A stretch of 63,920 bases of DNA, the filler included, from Octopus bimaculoides (Eukaryota): the NCBI RefSeq assembly GCF_001194135.2. It is 8 parts of 6 records of this genome, joined end to end, with 100 filler letters (N's around TTAATTAATTAA, not from the genome) between each part and the next. Parts side by side here need not be neighbours in the genome. Positions count along the whole stretch, not along the records: positions 32,359 to 38,160 come from NC_068987.1; positions 38,261 to 47,610 come from NC_068983.1; positions 47,711 to 52,832 come from NW_026402736.1; 5 more parts are not named here. The stretch is one strand, 5' to 3'. The notes beneath the pieces were generated by a model that did not search any database, was not told the DNA's origin, and was given only the letters and a program-made list of their open reading frames with translations. Position 1 is the first letter of the stretch. Every line of letters starts with the position of its first letter. The position numbers were made by a program, and so were the translations under genes. Positions 37,567-51,284 of this stretch are shown here, one piece after another.

Positions 37567-38160
37567 TACTCTTTTACTCTTTTACTTGTTTCAGTCATTT
37601 GACTGCGGCCATGCTGGAGCACTGCCTTTAGTCGAGGAAATCGACCCCTAGGGCTTATTCTTTGTAAGCCTAGTACTTATTCTATTGTTCTCTTTTTGCC
37701 GAACCGCTAAGTTACGGGGACATAAACACACCACCATCGGTTGTCAAGTGACGTATGGGGGACAAACACAGACACACAAACATATACACACACATACATA
37801 CATGCATACATATATATATATATATATGCGCAGGAGTGGCTGTGTGGTAAGTAGCTTGCTTACCAAGCACATGGTTCCGGGTTCAGTCCCACTGCGTGGC
37901 ACTTTGGGCAAGTGTCTTCTACTATAGCCTCGGGCCGACCAAAGCCTTGTGAGTGGATTTGGTAGACGGAAACTGAAAGAAGCCCGTCGTATATATGTAT
38001 ACATATATACGACGGGCTTCTTTCAGTTTCCGTCTACCAAATCCACTCACAAGGCTTTGGTCGGCCCGAGGCTATAGTAGAAGACACTTGCCCAAAGTGC
38101 CACGCAGTGGGACTGAACCCGGAACCATGTGCTTGGTAAGCAAGCTACTTACCACACAGC
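37567..38160. mobile_element. Family A SINE (minus) whose head is duplicated as a perfect palindrome (37839-38160)
   Basis: Two 161-bp arms with zero spacer, centred between 37999 and 38000 (cgtcgtatatatgta|tacatatatacgacg). Confidence 0.9.
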
Positions 38161-38260
38161 NNNNNNNNNNNNNNNNNNNNNNNNNNNNNNNNNNNNNNNN
38201 NNNNTTAATTAATTAANNNNNNNNNNNNNNNNNNNNNNNNNNNNNNNNNNNNNNNNNNNN

Positions 38261-38309
<49 letters not shown>

Positions 38310-38441
38310 GTGCGTGTGTGTGTATTTGTATGTACGTATACAAACTAGATGAGGACAAATATCCGTCAAATGTAAATAATGTAAATGATATAAATTTTTG
38401 ATTAATTAATTTTAATCCACTGCTAGAGCATGTGTCATATA

Positions 38442-39665
38442 CGAGGTGGCCTGAAAAGTTCCAGGGCTGACTATGACAAACTGATGCTAGAGCTGTGAAA
38501 TCTTGCATGGATTAATTTCAACCGCTCTTATTAATAACTGCATTGTTTCTTTCAAGCTAAAATGACATCTGATTGTTCAAAGAAGACTTCAAAAGTAAAT
38601 AGTAGCGACTTCTTTTGAAGAGGCACAAAATTTGGCATCGTGGTTAGTCCCCAAGGAAATTCATACAGGCATGGTTGTTACAGTAGATGACGCTCTAACT
38701 TTATTAACGGTGCAAACGTGGGCAGCTGAAATTAGGGATTTGGACGGCCTGAAACTGCTACCACAGAGGAAAACATTGATCGTGTTCACCACATAGTAAT
38801 GGATGACAGGCGATTGATTATAAATCAAATAGTCAATGCTGTTAACACATCCCGTGAAAGAAATGAGAATATTCTGCACAATGAACTTGGTATTACGAAT
38901 GTTTCTGCTCGCGGGGTGCCCCGTCTTCTGGCACCTGATCAAAAATGCACCAGGCTGATTACATCACAGGAAATCTGATAGTGTTTGAGGTAGATTCAGA
39001 AGGTTTCCTTGAACATTTTCTAAGCCATGATGAGTGTTGGATTCATCACTTTGAGCCAGAGACAAAGAGACAATCTATGCAGTAGAAACATCCTTCCTCA
39101 CCTGCTTCAGAGAAGGCCAAGTTCGTTTCATCTGCAAGGAAGGTGATAGCCTTAGTTTTCTTTTTTTGAGGATGCAAAAGGCATTGTATTTATTCACTAT
39201 CTTCAAAAGGGCCACAGCATCAACAGAGAGTAATATGCCAACTTGCTGAGGCAATCAAGACCAAACGAGCAGGGAAACTGATGAAAGGAGTCTTGTTTCA
39301 TCAGCACAATGTTGCCGCACACAAGCCGTCGGTTTCAATGCCTGGTGTGTGTGACTGTGGCTTTAAACAGGTTGATGACTCTTCCTATTCTCTTGACTTG
39401 GCCCCATCTAACTATCATCTGTTCCCCAAAATGAAATACACTTGACTGGGAACCATTATCGCAGTAATGATGACGTCATATCTGCTGTTGATGACCTTTT
39501 TTGAGCAACAGGATGAAAGTTTCTTCACCAATGGGACCCAAGCGCTGCAACACCGATGGAAGAAGTGTGTAGACCGCAAGAGGAATTATGTTGAAAATAA
39601 GCCTCATTTGATCACATTCCATGAGAGTGTCTTGGTCAGCCTCTGAACTTTTCATCCGTCATTCA
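38442..39665 (+). mobile_element. mariner transposon, near full length, decayed
   Basis: TA|cgaggtggcctgaaaagttccagggctgac left TIR; degenerate right TIR gtcagcctctgaacttttca. Frames give GVPRLL (WVPRLL), DECWIHHFEPETK, HQHNVAAH (HDNAPAH), YSLDLAPSNYHLF (YSPDLAPSDYHLF) and LQHRWKKCV; stops and frameshifts throughout. Confidence 0.92.
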
Positions 39666-39798
39666 TAATCACGGAATAGCCAATGAAAATATACGCGTTC
39701 GTTCGATGTGTTAAAAATAGCTGCCAAATTTCTCTCAAATCACATCATATAATTTTAAAAGAAATGGGAAAGGCAAAGTGAATAATGTACTCATATAG

Positions 39799-39837
<39 letters not shown>

Positions 39838-40839
39838 TGTGTACAATAACCGGATGGTCACGGCTGGAAACCACTTTGATAATAGGTCTGCTCAATCTAC
39901 GATGAAGTAAAGCCAACAGCATCAACAACAACCAATCAAGCCAACACTGCTAAAACCACGGAGTTTTGTTTAGAAAGACGAGACATATGATGTGTGAAAT
40001 GATAAATTTTTTGAGAACATTAACAGTTTAAACGTTCTAAATGAGTCGTTTGGGGGGAAAATGACCAATGTATAACATTTAGGAAAAAATGACCAAATGT
40101 AGAGAAGGTTTACATGAGATTATTTGTTAATTACGTTACTGTATTCTAAAGCTTCTTAGAATTACGATTTTATGACTGGTTCTTAATAATTTAACTTGTT
40201 CCACGATATTAGTATCGCATTATTCAGTACATTAGTATGAGTCCTAAAGTGTGTGTGTATGCATACACACATACATACACACATATACACACATGATGAC
40301 AATCTTGTATAACCTGTTTTACGATTTCCATGTCCAGCGTTAAATAGTTCATTCTAGTATGGCATTACTTTGCAAATTTAGCATGGTATTGAGTTGCTAG
40401 TATTACTAATTATTTAACAGTTTGCATTGTGTTAAGACATGGGTATAAGAAAATATTTTATACGCCTGTTTAGAAAACTATATTACGTAACCGTAGCACC
40501 AACATATATTTGAAAAGGTTTCTGAAACTATCAATTAACAGATTTAACGATATTAATGCTATATTTGAACATGGTGTCTTTAGACATGCTGTATTTGGAC
40601 AAGCATATAACCTGCCCTTAAAACTATCATTTTATTTACCTAGCCCAGCTTTATAGATTAGTCATGTTTACTGTAAGTCGTTTCTCACAACATAATGTTT
40701 CTCATATAAGGAAGCCCTCTCTAATCATGTAAATTGAGAGAGCGATGGGGTGACAGAAGTGGTAAGGTGATGAACAAAATATTTTACAGAATCTGGTTAC
40801 GTTTTCTTCGTGGATTCAAACATAGCTCAGTGGTTAACA

Positions 40840-41130
40840 AATTAGCTTCACAACCATAAAGATCTGCATTTGATCCCGTTAGGCGTTATAGTTGACGAAG
40901 CTATTGTCAAGGCTTAGTCTCGGGTCAACCCAATCCTTCTGAGGGAAATTAGCTAGAAGGAAATTGCTTTAGAACTTTTCGGAAAGATTGCACATGTAAT
41001 TCAAAAGGTCTAGCCACGTCATAATTTGTTTCACTCTGATTCGACTGAGGAGACGCGTGCAGAATACTCAACCATTACACGTTAATCTAAAAAGAAGGCA
41101 GTTCGCTTGATCTAATAACTGAATGCTCAT
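40840..41130 (+). mobile_element. Old chimeric SINE: family A head/core joined to a family C 3' half
   Basis: gctcagtggttaacaaattagcttcacaacc...tctcgggtcaacccaatcc, then ttcaaaaggtctagccacgtca...cagaatactcaaccaattacacgttaat...ataactgaatgctcatcg; diverged. Confidence 0.5.
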
Positions 41131-41305
41131 CGCCGAAAATAATGGAGGGGCCAGCATCGTTATTGAAGTTGGAGTCATCATTTTCATCGTTGTCATCATT
41201 GCCGTCATTGCATCATCGTAGTCGTGGTCATCATCATCATCATCATCATAGTAATCATCATCATCGTAATCATCATCATCGTAATCATCATCGTCATCAT
41301 CATCG

Positions 41306-41344
<39 letters not shown>

Positions 41345-43439
41345 CTAGCAGCAGTAGCATCACTACCACCATTATCAACACATTTCTTTACGCTCTAAAT
41401 TGAAATCTTGCCGAGGTCAATTTTACATTCCGTGTTTAATTCTTTGATGATGTTTCGTGTAAAGCTTCTTTTGTGGTTCATGAAAAAGATTCCTTGCAGA
41501 CTCATGTAAAGACTCTCTCATCTAATCGTATTGAGACTCATTTATTGACTCATTCAGACCCTCTGTTTGACTCATGTAGTAGTTTTCGTAAGGGCTCATG
41601 TAAAGACTCTCCTATTGACTCCTGTATAAACACCCATGTTTGTTTGAGTAACGGATCTCTTGTTGTCTTGCGAGATTTGATTTTAAAACTTTATGCGGAA
41701 ATTAAATATTTTGGTCATTTATGAAATACACGCAAAATTATTTTTATACTTAAACATCAATGGTATTTAAATGCTTTTAACGAGGACTGTTTTGCATTGA
41801 TTTATTGTTATGAAGAGAACGGGATTAAATTTTCCATCGAGCAGGAGGCTGGTCTCCCATATCTAACTCTCAGATGATCAGGTGGCATTTAAACATACTG
41901 GCAATTAGGTGAATTAAGACAGCTAAAATAAGAAAAAAGGTATTTTACCCAGAAACGCAATGAAACACCTTCGATCGATTCGAACTCACAATTTAGGTAA
42001 TCCATTTGGTTCGTCTCTGCTGATAGAAGATTTTTTCCCATCAAAATGTAAAAATGCTGAATACTAAGATTCTATTTAAGGGTGTATTACCGCTACAATT
42101 AGTGGACCGCTAGAGAACTACTGAAAACTCCTCAAACCAAGGGGTTCCAAAACAAAGAATTATTATATTTCGTTGATGTGTGTTCTAACCTTGCCAGCCC
42201 TTTTCGACATTTCTGGGTCACTAAAATAGGTTCTAGCAAGAAGATAGAAGCAATTCAATTGGCATTTTTCCTTCTTCAAAAAATTAGCCTCTCATCATGA
42301 CTAAGCAGGTTTACACAAAAAGGTGTATTTTTAAATAAAACATCTTAAGAAAAAAACTTTTGTGAAAGAGAACCATGAATAGTATTAAAGCAGGACATTC
42401 AATATAACTGTAATAAATTATATTTGCATTCTCCGATAAACACCCCCGCCCAAAACGTCAGACCTTTCCTCTTCCCCAAGGCAAAATAACACCTCTCATT
42501 TTGTCGACTGTCTGTATTTAGTATTTTCTGACACTGACTGACATCATTATATGATCCCACATATAGCAGGAGCGGATCCAGAATTAAAAGTACATGGGAA
42601 GCGCAATTTTAGGACGTAGTAAAACACATTAAAATTTAAATAATTATTCATATGCACTATAAAAAACAAACATTTTTAAAGAATTGTCTTCATCTCTAGC
42701 TGAACCTGCCGCAGTATAGGGAAATTAAAAATTATGATTAACTGACATTAAACGTGCAATCAATGTAAAGCACACTTGTTCTGAGCTGAGGTGTTTCAAA
42801 TTAAAAACCAACCAGCAAGGAAACTAATTCCACGCCAGCCTTATTGCCGACCAACACTTGTTAGTATTCAACTGCCGCACTTACAGATTTACAATTGGTT
42901 TGCTATTTTCACTCCAGTCAAGGCCGAGGTTTAAATCTCTTGTTCTCTTTTTAATTTGTTAACTAAATGATCGGATATTGCCATGTCATTAAACACATTT
43001 ATCATACGAAATGTGTGGGAAGAGTTAGCATATAGTAGTCCAATGTAAAATGTGAAAGTTGACACGGAGAAGCATCATATGATCATGCTAAAAGATGATG
43101 ATGATACCGACAACGATGATGACGATGATTATCATGATAGTAATTCTTTTTATTAACCACAAAGGTTGACAAAAACATTGAAGACAGTACAGGCGATACA
43201 AAGTGGGATTTAGGAATGATAATGGTTTCTGACATGAGCGAAAAAACAACACATTTCTATTGGGAGTGGAGGGGAATATTAGTATTAAATTGACCACACT
43301 TCTTAAATAGCATATATTTTGTCAAGGCCAGGATCTAAATACTGTAAGGTATTTTATCGAATGTTCAGTAAGGTCTACCACAAGCCTCGATGATAATTTC
43401 CTAACATTTGTACGAGGGAAAACATTTTAAGAGAAGATA

Positions 43440-43600
43440 ACTTCATTAAATCGACACCAATACTTGACTAGTACCCGAAAGGATGAACGGCAAAGTTGAC
43501 CTCGGTGAATTTTGAACTGAGAACGTAAAGTGCCAGGATAAATCGCTTGAGAAAATTTTGTCAGATTCTAACGATTCCGTTTATCCAGTGCCTTAATATA
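43440..43600 (-). mobile_element. Family B SINE, diverged
   Basis: cccgaaaggatgaacggcaaagttgacctcggtgaattttgaactgagaacgtaaa. Confidence 0.7.
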
Positions 43601-44617
43601 ATTTCTTATTTAGGTACAAATCCATTAACTTTGAGGGTTCAGTCAATAAAATCGATCCCAATACAAATGGAAAATTTATTTTACCGACCCAGAAAAAGAA
43701 TAAGATTTTAGCTCAGAACAAAATCAGCAGAATACCAGTGATCTAGCAGTTCCGATTATTAACTGATCTACAGATCTAGTGGAACAGTCGATCAGATCAA
43801 TCTTCGTGCTTTACTAATATATTTTATTGACCTCTGTAGAAGAATTCTTAAAGTCAACCTTCACGATACTTGAACTTAATACCACCAGACCTTTTGTCCG
43901 GTGTTACACCGATTCTAACGTTTGCTACTCTACAATACTGTATATTTATCATTTGTCTAAAGGTGGATGTATCAAAATGAAAACTAAAGTAACAGTGTTT
44001 TTTTTGGCTAATCATTGAGTACAATTCAACCACTGTGAGTTGTCTGTAATTTACAATATATCTTCATGTTTGCCTGCCTGTATGTCTGTCTGTTTCTGTT
44101 TGCTCACTGAATCTAAGAACGCATAAACTGTACCGCATATTTTTCATATTTTTTCTTCCGTTTGTTAATTTAAGTATATATGTATATATGTATGTCTCTC
44201 CTTCCCTATTTCTCTCTCATACATACATACATATATGCATACATGTCTAAGCGATGTGTGTATATGTGTGTGTGTGTATGTGTGTATTCAGTTAGACCTG
44301 TGAAACGAATGGAGCTCTCTGTAGAGACGTTCGCTCTCACAATAGCATTCTACAAAATTTTGAAGGCTTAATTTGAACTATTGTTTTCCCAGACCTCCTG
44401 TGGGAATATTGTATCACACACACACACATAGATGTATCTGTGTATGTGCGTGACTGTGCGTGCTTTGGAGTTTTTTAATTTTGTTTTATGGTCGGAGTTA
44501 AGTTTTAAATACTATTAGGTTTGATTCACCCCTGTAGGTCGTTAACATCCTCTGTAGGTCGTTAACATTGGAAAACTTATTTACCGGCGGTAAATGATTT
44601 TGAGGGCATTTGAGTCA

Positions 44618-44651
<34 letters not shown>

Positions 44652-44919
44652 CATACATACATACATACGTGTGTGCGCTTGAGAGTATACGTGCGTGTAA
44701 ATGTGCGTGCGTTGTTACTGTTGTTTTCAAAAAAAAAAAAAGATAACTACAATAATTTCCTTACCATTTTGCCTATGCTAATTTGAAGAGAACCAAAAAA
44801 TAATCAATACTCTAAGACATTCTTACATAAATCATTCACTGTCTAGCTACACCGAATGTGTTTTACAATGTATTGTATTAATATCATGTTCTGATGAATA
44901 GGTACAATATTGGTAAAAT

Positions 44920-44985
<66 letters not shown>

Positions 44986-46398
44986 TTCTGCCTTTCTTTC
45001 TTTCTTTGTTTCTCTATCTATCTACCTATCTATATCTACCTATCCATCTGTGTGTCTATGTAATTGTCGAATAATTGTCATTATCATTCCATAGTTTGAT
45101 AAAATCAGTACCTGTCAAATAGTATAATTGATATAACACACTGTCTTTCATGCTACCCACGTTATTTACACAACGAAAAAAAAAAAACATCATTTTTAGC
45201 CTTATGAATAACATTTATCTCAAAACATGCCAGTGTATTTGTAAGGTTATTTTATTAGCTCCAAATCAGTCCTAATTGACCAGATCTATGAGTTAAGACG
45301 TTCCAGACGTGATCATTCTGTAGTTTTATATATTTATAACCCAGTCTTCACTATCCATCGTCACCTTTCTCTTTTTTTTTTTAACGTGGCTGGGTGTGAT
45401 TTGAAGCATTTTGGTTGCTAAATGGAGCATGTCAAGCGATCACGTACAGGCACTTTTGTTGGCAAGAATATTCTCAGGAATCTTTCTTAGCAAGAAATAT
45501 TCTTAGACTACCTACTAGATGTAGCAGTCATATTCCCCTGAAATCACGCTCTACCAAATGACATATTAAATAAAGTAATCCTAAACACGTTATGCCATAA
45601 AAAATAAGGGCAGGCTGCTCAAATGTTTTCCTCTTTTAACGATAGTGAGTTGTGATTAATGAGCCATTTAGATGGGCAGATGAAAAACTCTTCGAGCTCG
45701 ATAGAAGGTTCGCTTGGATGCAAATATAAAACTTCACACTGATGAAATCTAGAGAGGGCAGTTGGTTAAAGCTACTACAACCCGCCTAACAAATAACCTT
45801 AGTATATTATGGAGTATGTTTTTTTTTTCTTTTGCTAGCGGCCATAATTATATAACGGTAAATATAGTGTTAGTAGCGTGGGAGAGGACAGTTTCAATGA
45901 CTGAGTTTGAGTAAATGTTAACTGATGTAAAATAGTAGTTCAAACAGAACAGTTATAAGGAAATAGTTTGGTTTGTGACATTTTCTTTATATAGCCATGT
46001 CAATACAGAGGTGCGATTTGATTCCGAGTTGTTGGACAGGTTCGATGTGACATACAACACGTACGAATATGTATTTATTTTTCAACCAACAAGTGAAGGT
46101 CTTTTTTTTTTTTTCAGAACGAAAGCAATATATGAAAGATAGGATATTGTCAACATGAAAAATACTGTTCGCTTTTTTGTTTTTGTTTTTGTTGTTTTTG
46201 TTGTTATTGTACAGACTATGGACCTTTATCATCTGATTTCAAATCACACTGACGTTAATTTTGCTTCTTATCTTTTTCGGTTTATAAAATAAATACCAGA
46301 AAATACGAGTTGAGTTGTTTCTATCGACTGTTTCCTCCTCTCACCAATTTCTGATCCCGTGCCTACTTTAGATAAAAAAAAAAATTATCATTATTATT

Positions 46399-47358
46399 GG
46401 AGCTGGCAGATTGTCAGAGGGTCGAAAAATTACTTCGCGGTATTTCTCTCGAGTTCAAATTCCGCCTGGGTGGATTTTGGTTTCCGTCATTTCGGGGTCG
46501 ATGAAATAAGTACCATTTAAGCTACTGGAGTCGATGTAATCAACTATGTTCCTCCCCGCAAATTTATTAGTGTTGTTATTATTATCGATAAGGCGGCGGC
46601 ATTTCGTTCGTCTTTACGTTCTGAGTTCAAATTCCGCAAAGTTCGACTTTGCCTTTCATCCTCTCGGAGTCGATAAGTTAAGTACCAGTGAAACACTGGG
46701 TCGATATACCAAATTTCAGGCCTTGTGCCTTTAGTAGAAAGGATTATTATCGATAAAGCGGCAAGGTGGCTGAATCGTTAGCACGCCGGGTAAAATAGTT
46801 CAAATTCCACCGAAGTCGACTTTGCCTTTCATCCTTCCTGAGTCGAACTTGCTGGCCTTGTGCCAAAATTTGGAACCATTATTATTATTATTATTGAGGT
46901 GGCGAGCTGGCAGAATCGTTAGCACGCCGGGCGAAATGGTTAGCGGTATTTCGTCTGTCTTCACAATTTGAGTTCAAATTCCGCCGAGATCGACTTTGCT
47001 TTTCATCTTTCCGGGGTCGATAAATTAAGTACCAGTCAATGTGATCGACTTGCCCCCTTTCCACAAATTTCAGGCCGTGTGCCTATGGTAGAAAGGATTA
47101 TTATTATTATTACTATTATCATCATCATTATTATTATTATTATTATTATTAGGCGGTGAGCTGGCAGAATTGTTAGCACGCCGGGCAAAATGTCTAGCGG
47201 CATTTTGTCCATCTTTACGTTCTGAGTCCAAATGCTACCAGGGTCGACTTTGCTTTCCATCCTTCGGAATCGATAAAATAAGTACCAGTTGAACTAGTCG
47301 ATGTAATTGACTAGTCCCCTTCCCCAAAATTCCAGGGCTTGTGCCTATAGTAGAAAGG

Positions 47359-47392
<34 letters not shown>

Positions 47393-47520
47393 CGCCGAGG
47401 TCGACTTTGCCTTTCATTCTTTCGGGTTCGATAAATCAAGTACCAGTTGCGTACTGAAGTCGATCTAATCGACTGGCCCCTCCCCCAAAATTTCGGGCCT
47501 TGTGCTTAGAGTAGAAAAGA

Positions 47521-47553
<33 letters not shown>
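46399..47553 (+). mobile_element. Six head-to-tail family B SINE copies separated by (ATT)n tails
   Basis: Copy starts at about 46399, 46591, 46757, 46897, 47151 and 47391, each with different truncations or deletions. Confidence 0.85.
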
Positions 47554-47946
47554 GTTCAGTAGTTTTATTTTTATAACGTGCTTTCACTTCACCACCGAGC
47601 GCAGCTCTGTNNNNNNNNNNNNNNNNNNNNNNNNNNNNNNNNNNNNNNNNNNNNTTAATTAATTAANNNNNNNNNNNNNNNNNNNNNNNNNNNNNNNNNN
47701 NNNNNNNNNNTCACTCAAATGTCTTGCTCGCGTACAAACAACGTGCTTTAATGTAAGAATGCTTTTACGTGGATTTAGGCATTGACTGCCATTTTTAGCA
47801 TGTAAGAAATCCACATGGTGGATTTCTCTCCGTGTATATTTCATACTCTATTATATATATATATAAATATATATTTATACAAATATACAAATGTTTATAT
47901 ACATACATACATGCATATATATATATATATATATATACATGCAAAC

Positions 47947-47981
<35 letters not shown>

Positions 47982-47982
47982 G

Positions 47983-48021
<39 letters not shown>

Positions 48022-48819
48022 TGCGTATTCACATCACACCTGAAACGACCGTTGTGGAGATTACTAAACTGCAATCAAGGATGAGATTCAATTATCCAAT
48101 AAGGAAACAAACTTAAACAAAAGCTCGTTTGTGCGCTCAGTTCTTCAGATCTCTGGAAGATAAACACAATTCGTGGAAACAACCAAACGAATTCATGAGA
48201 GGATGAGAAATACCAGTTTTACGGATGAAGCAAATTTTCAGAGTATCAACGTTGTGTTCCCTAACTCATGTAATCATAAAGCCCTTTAAAACGAAATTGA
48301 AGTTACATGTAAGCTTTGTAGTCTATATACAGAAAGGATAGAACACAGCATTGCTAAATGACAAGTTTTCGGGAGATCTTGATTTCATACATAGGTATCG
48401 TTGCTTTAATTTTCCAGGATGGATATTGTCAATGAAATTTAGTCGAGAAGTTGATGGCTCTTTTTTTAGATAGTAAGTTCTCTATCGCATTCTAGTACTC
48501 ATACAGCCGGTTGTCTGGCTTTGTCGGCGTATAAATGACCGTGATTGACCAAACATTTTCCCCCAGAACCAGACGGTAGTTCCTTGTAGGGATACTCACA
48601 GTTGAGTGGGATTGATCTGAATGAAGTGAAGTGATAATGCTCAAGAACGAACGAAATGCATCACTCGGTCAGGAAATCGAAACTATGATCTCGCAATCGT
48701 CAGGGCTACGCCCTAACAAGAACGCTGCTGCTACTGATGATGATGATGATGATGACGATGATGATGAGGCGGAGGAGGAGGGGAAGGGGAGGGGAAGAAG
48801 AGGAGTAAGAGGAGGAGAA

Positions 48820-48955
48820 CGAAGAGAAGGAGGAGAAGGAAGAGAAGGAGGAGAAGGAAGAGAAGGAGGAGAAGGAAGAGAAGGAGGAGAAGGAAGAGAA
48901 GGAGGAGAAGGAAGAGAAGGAGGAGGAAGAGAAGGATGAGGAAGAGAAGGAGGAG
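48820..48955 (+). repeat. 18-bp purine minisatellite (ggaggagaaggaagagaa)n
   Basis: Seen in sequence; gives (GGEGRE)n in the ORF track. Confidence 0.9.
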
Positions 48956-49396
48956 AAATGGGTTGAAGTGGAAGAGGAGGACAGCGACGCGGAAGACGAT
49001 AACGATGATGTAGATGATGATGATGATGATGATGAAGACGATGTGGGGGAAGAGAGGGGGAGGAGGTCAGCAACGACGACGATGATGATGATGATGAAAT
49101 GGAGGAGGAAGAGGAAGAGGAGGAGACAACCACGTCTAAGACGGTGACGATGGTGATGATAATGACAATGGTGGGGATGATGACGATGATGACGGTGGTG
49201 TAGTGATAGTGGTGCTGGTAGTGGTGGTGGTGGGGGGGGCGTGATGATGAGTTGCGGATGGTAGCGTAATGGTGAGTACGCTTAGTACTGCTTGTATAAT
49301 GCAATTGAGAGTTGAAGGTGGTTGTGGAGAAGGCGATGGTGATGGGAATACGCTCGTATTGGTTTTGGTATTGGCTGCTAGTGAAGCTGTACTTGC

Positions 49397-49439
49397 GAGT
49401 AGTAGTAGTAGTAGTAGTAGTAGTAGCAACAGCAACTGC

Positions 49440-49483
<44 letters not shown>

Positions 49484-49628
49484 CAGAAGCAGCAGTAATA
49501 GTGGTAGTAGTAGCAGCAGCAGCAACAGTAATAGTGGTAGTAGCAACAGCAGTAGTAGTAGTAGTAGTAGTAGTAGTAGCAGCAGCAGCAGTAATAGTGG
49601 TAGTAGTAGTAGTAGTAGTAGCAACAGC

Positions 49629-49666
<38 letters not shown>

Positions 49667-49858
49667 CAGCAGCAGTAATAGTGGTAGTAGTAGTAGCAAC
49701 AGCAACTGCAGTAGTAGTAGTAGTAGCAGCAGCAGCAGCAGCAGTAATAGTGGTAGTAGTAGTAGTAGTAGTAGTAGTAGTAACAGCAACTGCAGTAGTA
49801 GTGGTAGTAGTAGTAGTAGTAGCAGTAACTGCGGTAGTAGTAGTAGTAGTAGTTGTTG
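49397..49858. repeat. (GTA)/(GCA) trinucleotide tract with higher-order units
   Basis: Recurring blocks gcaacagcaactgcagtagtag and gcagcagtaatagtggtagtag. Confidence 0.9.
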
Positions 49859-49883
49859 CTGATGTCATCTTTGGTCGGTGAAG

Positions 49884-49911
49884 ATGGCGGATACTCGTCG
49901 TGTTTATATTG
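49884..49911 (+). CDS. Candidate first coding exon (MADTRRVYI-G, phase 1)
   Basis: GAAGATGGCGGA matches the TISU/YY1-type start context (SAASATGGCGGC) at 11/12 positions; G|gtaaca donor; a non-repetitive island between microsatellites. Unconfirmed. Confidence 0.35.
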
Positions 49912-50086
49912 GTAACAGTGTTGTCATTTTAAGGGCGACCCAGACAAGAGAAGTATATAGACGTAGTGATGGTTGGTGGCGGTGGTGGTGGTGGTGGTGA
50001 TGGTGACGGTGATGGGGTGGGGCAGGGTAAATGTTTGGCAGAGATTAAAAGAAAAGATTAGGAAGCAGCAAAGCGATGGATTAGTA

Positions 50087-50117
<31 letters not shown>

Positions 50118-50946
50118 TCAGAGTAGCAATAATAATACTACTGATGATGATGAGGATGATGAGGATTATGATGATGCTGGTGGTGCTGGTGTTGATGATG
50201 ATGATGATGATGATGCTGGTGGTGCTGGTGATGATGATGACGATGATGATGACGACGACAATGAAGATGATGAAGTTGATGATGATCATGATGGTGGTGG
50301 TGACGACGACGACAAAGTAAATTAATAAAAACAAACATTAGTTGTGATGATGTAGAAATGGAGAAATGTATAGACTTGCCGAGTAGTGTGGAATACAGTA
50401 AGAGTAGCAGGGGTAGGTTGTGGGTTGTGGGGTGAGGTTAAGAATTGGGTAGGGGTGAGAGGAAATAGGAGGATCTGCAAGAAATTAACGGAAATTGTGA
50501 TAAAAGAAAAATCAAAGATTTTCAATTCTTGGATTAACAAACAGACTGATAAAAGAATAAAATTAAAAAAGAAAAGAAAAGAAAAAGAAAAGAAATTGAA
50601 AAAAAAAAAGAGGAAAGAAACAGAAATGCAGCGACAATAACAAGAATTAGAACAACATATGAAGAAATGAAATCTAGAAGAGAATGGAGAGAGGAATTGG
50701 TTCAATGAATTGGGCATTTAAAATACCAAAAGAGGAATGTTCGCCAATACAAGACAGATCTGGTAAAAGAATGTCAGACAGCAGCAATAATAATAATAAT
50801 AATAATAATAATCCACAAGACGAAAATAAAATATAATGGCATATAATGTAATTTAATATATCGTAGACTTTCTTTTGCTTTCACTTTCTCCGCCATTATT
50901 GCACTCAATCTATCTCTCACTCTCTCTCTATTTATCTATCTATCTA

Positions 50947-50998
<52 letters not shown>

Positions 50999-51151
50999 GC
51001 TGTATTTTGTATCTATTTATCACTACCTGTTTTCCACTTTCCCTCTCACTGTCTCTGTGTCTATCTGTCGGCCTGTCTATCCGACTCTCACGCTGTATAT
51101 GTAAACACACACACACACACTCGCATACACATATACGCACACACACACGCA

Positions 51152-51187
<36 letters not shown>

Positions 51188-51284
51188 TACAAGCACATAT
51201 ATCATTCTATCAATCAGATTATCGAATGTTGTTATACACCGCTGGTCACAATACGCTTCCTTGTATTGTTGCAGCTTTTGTCTG

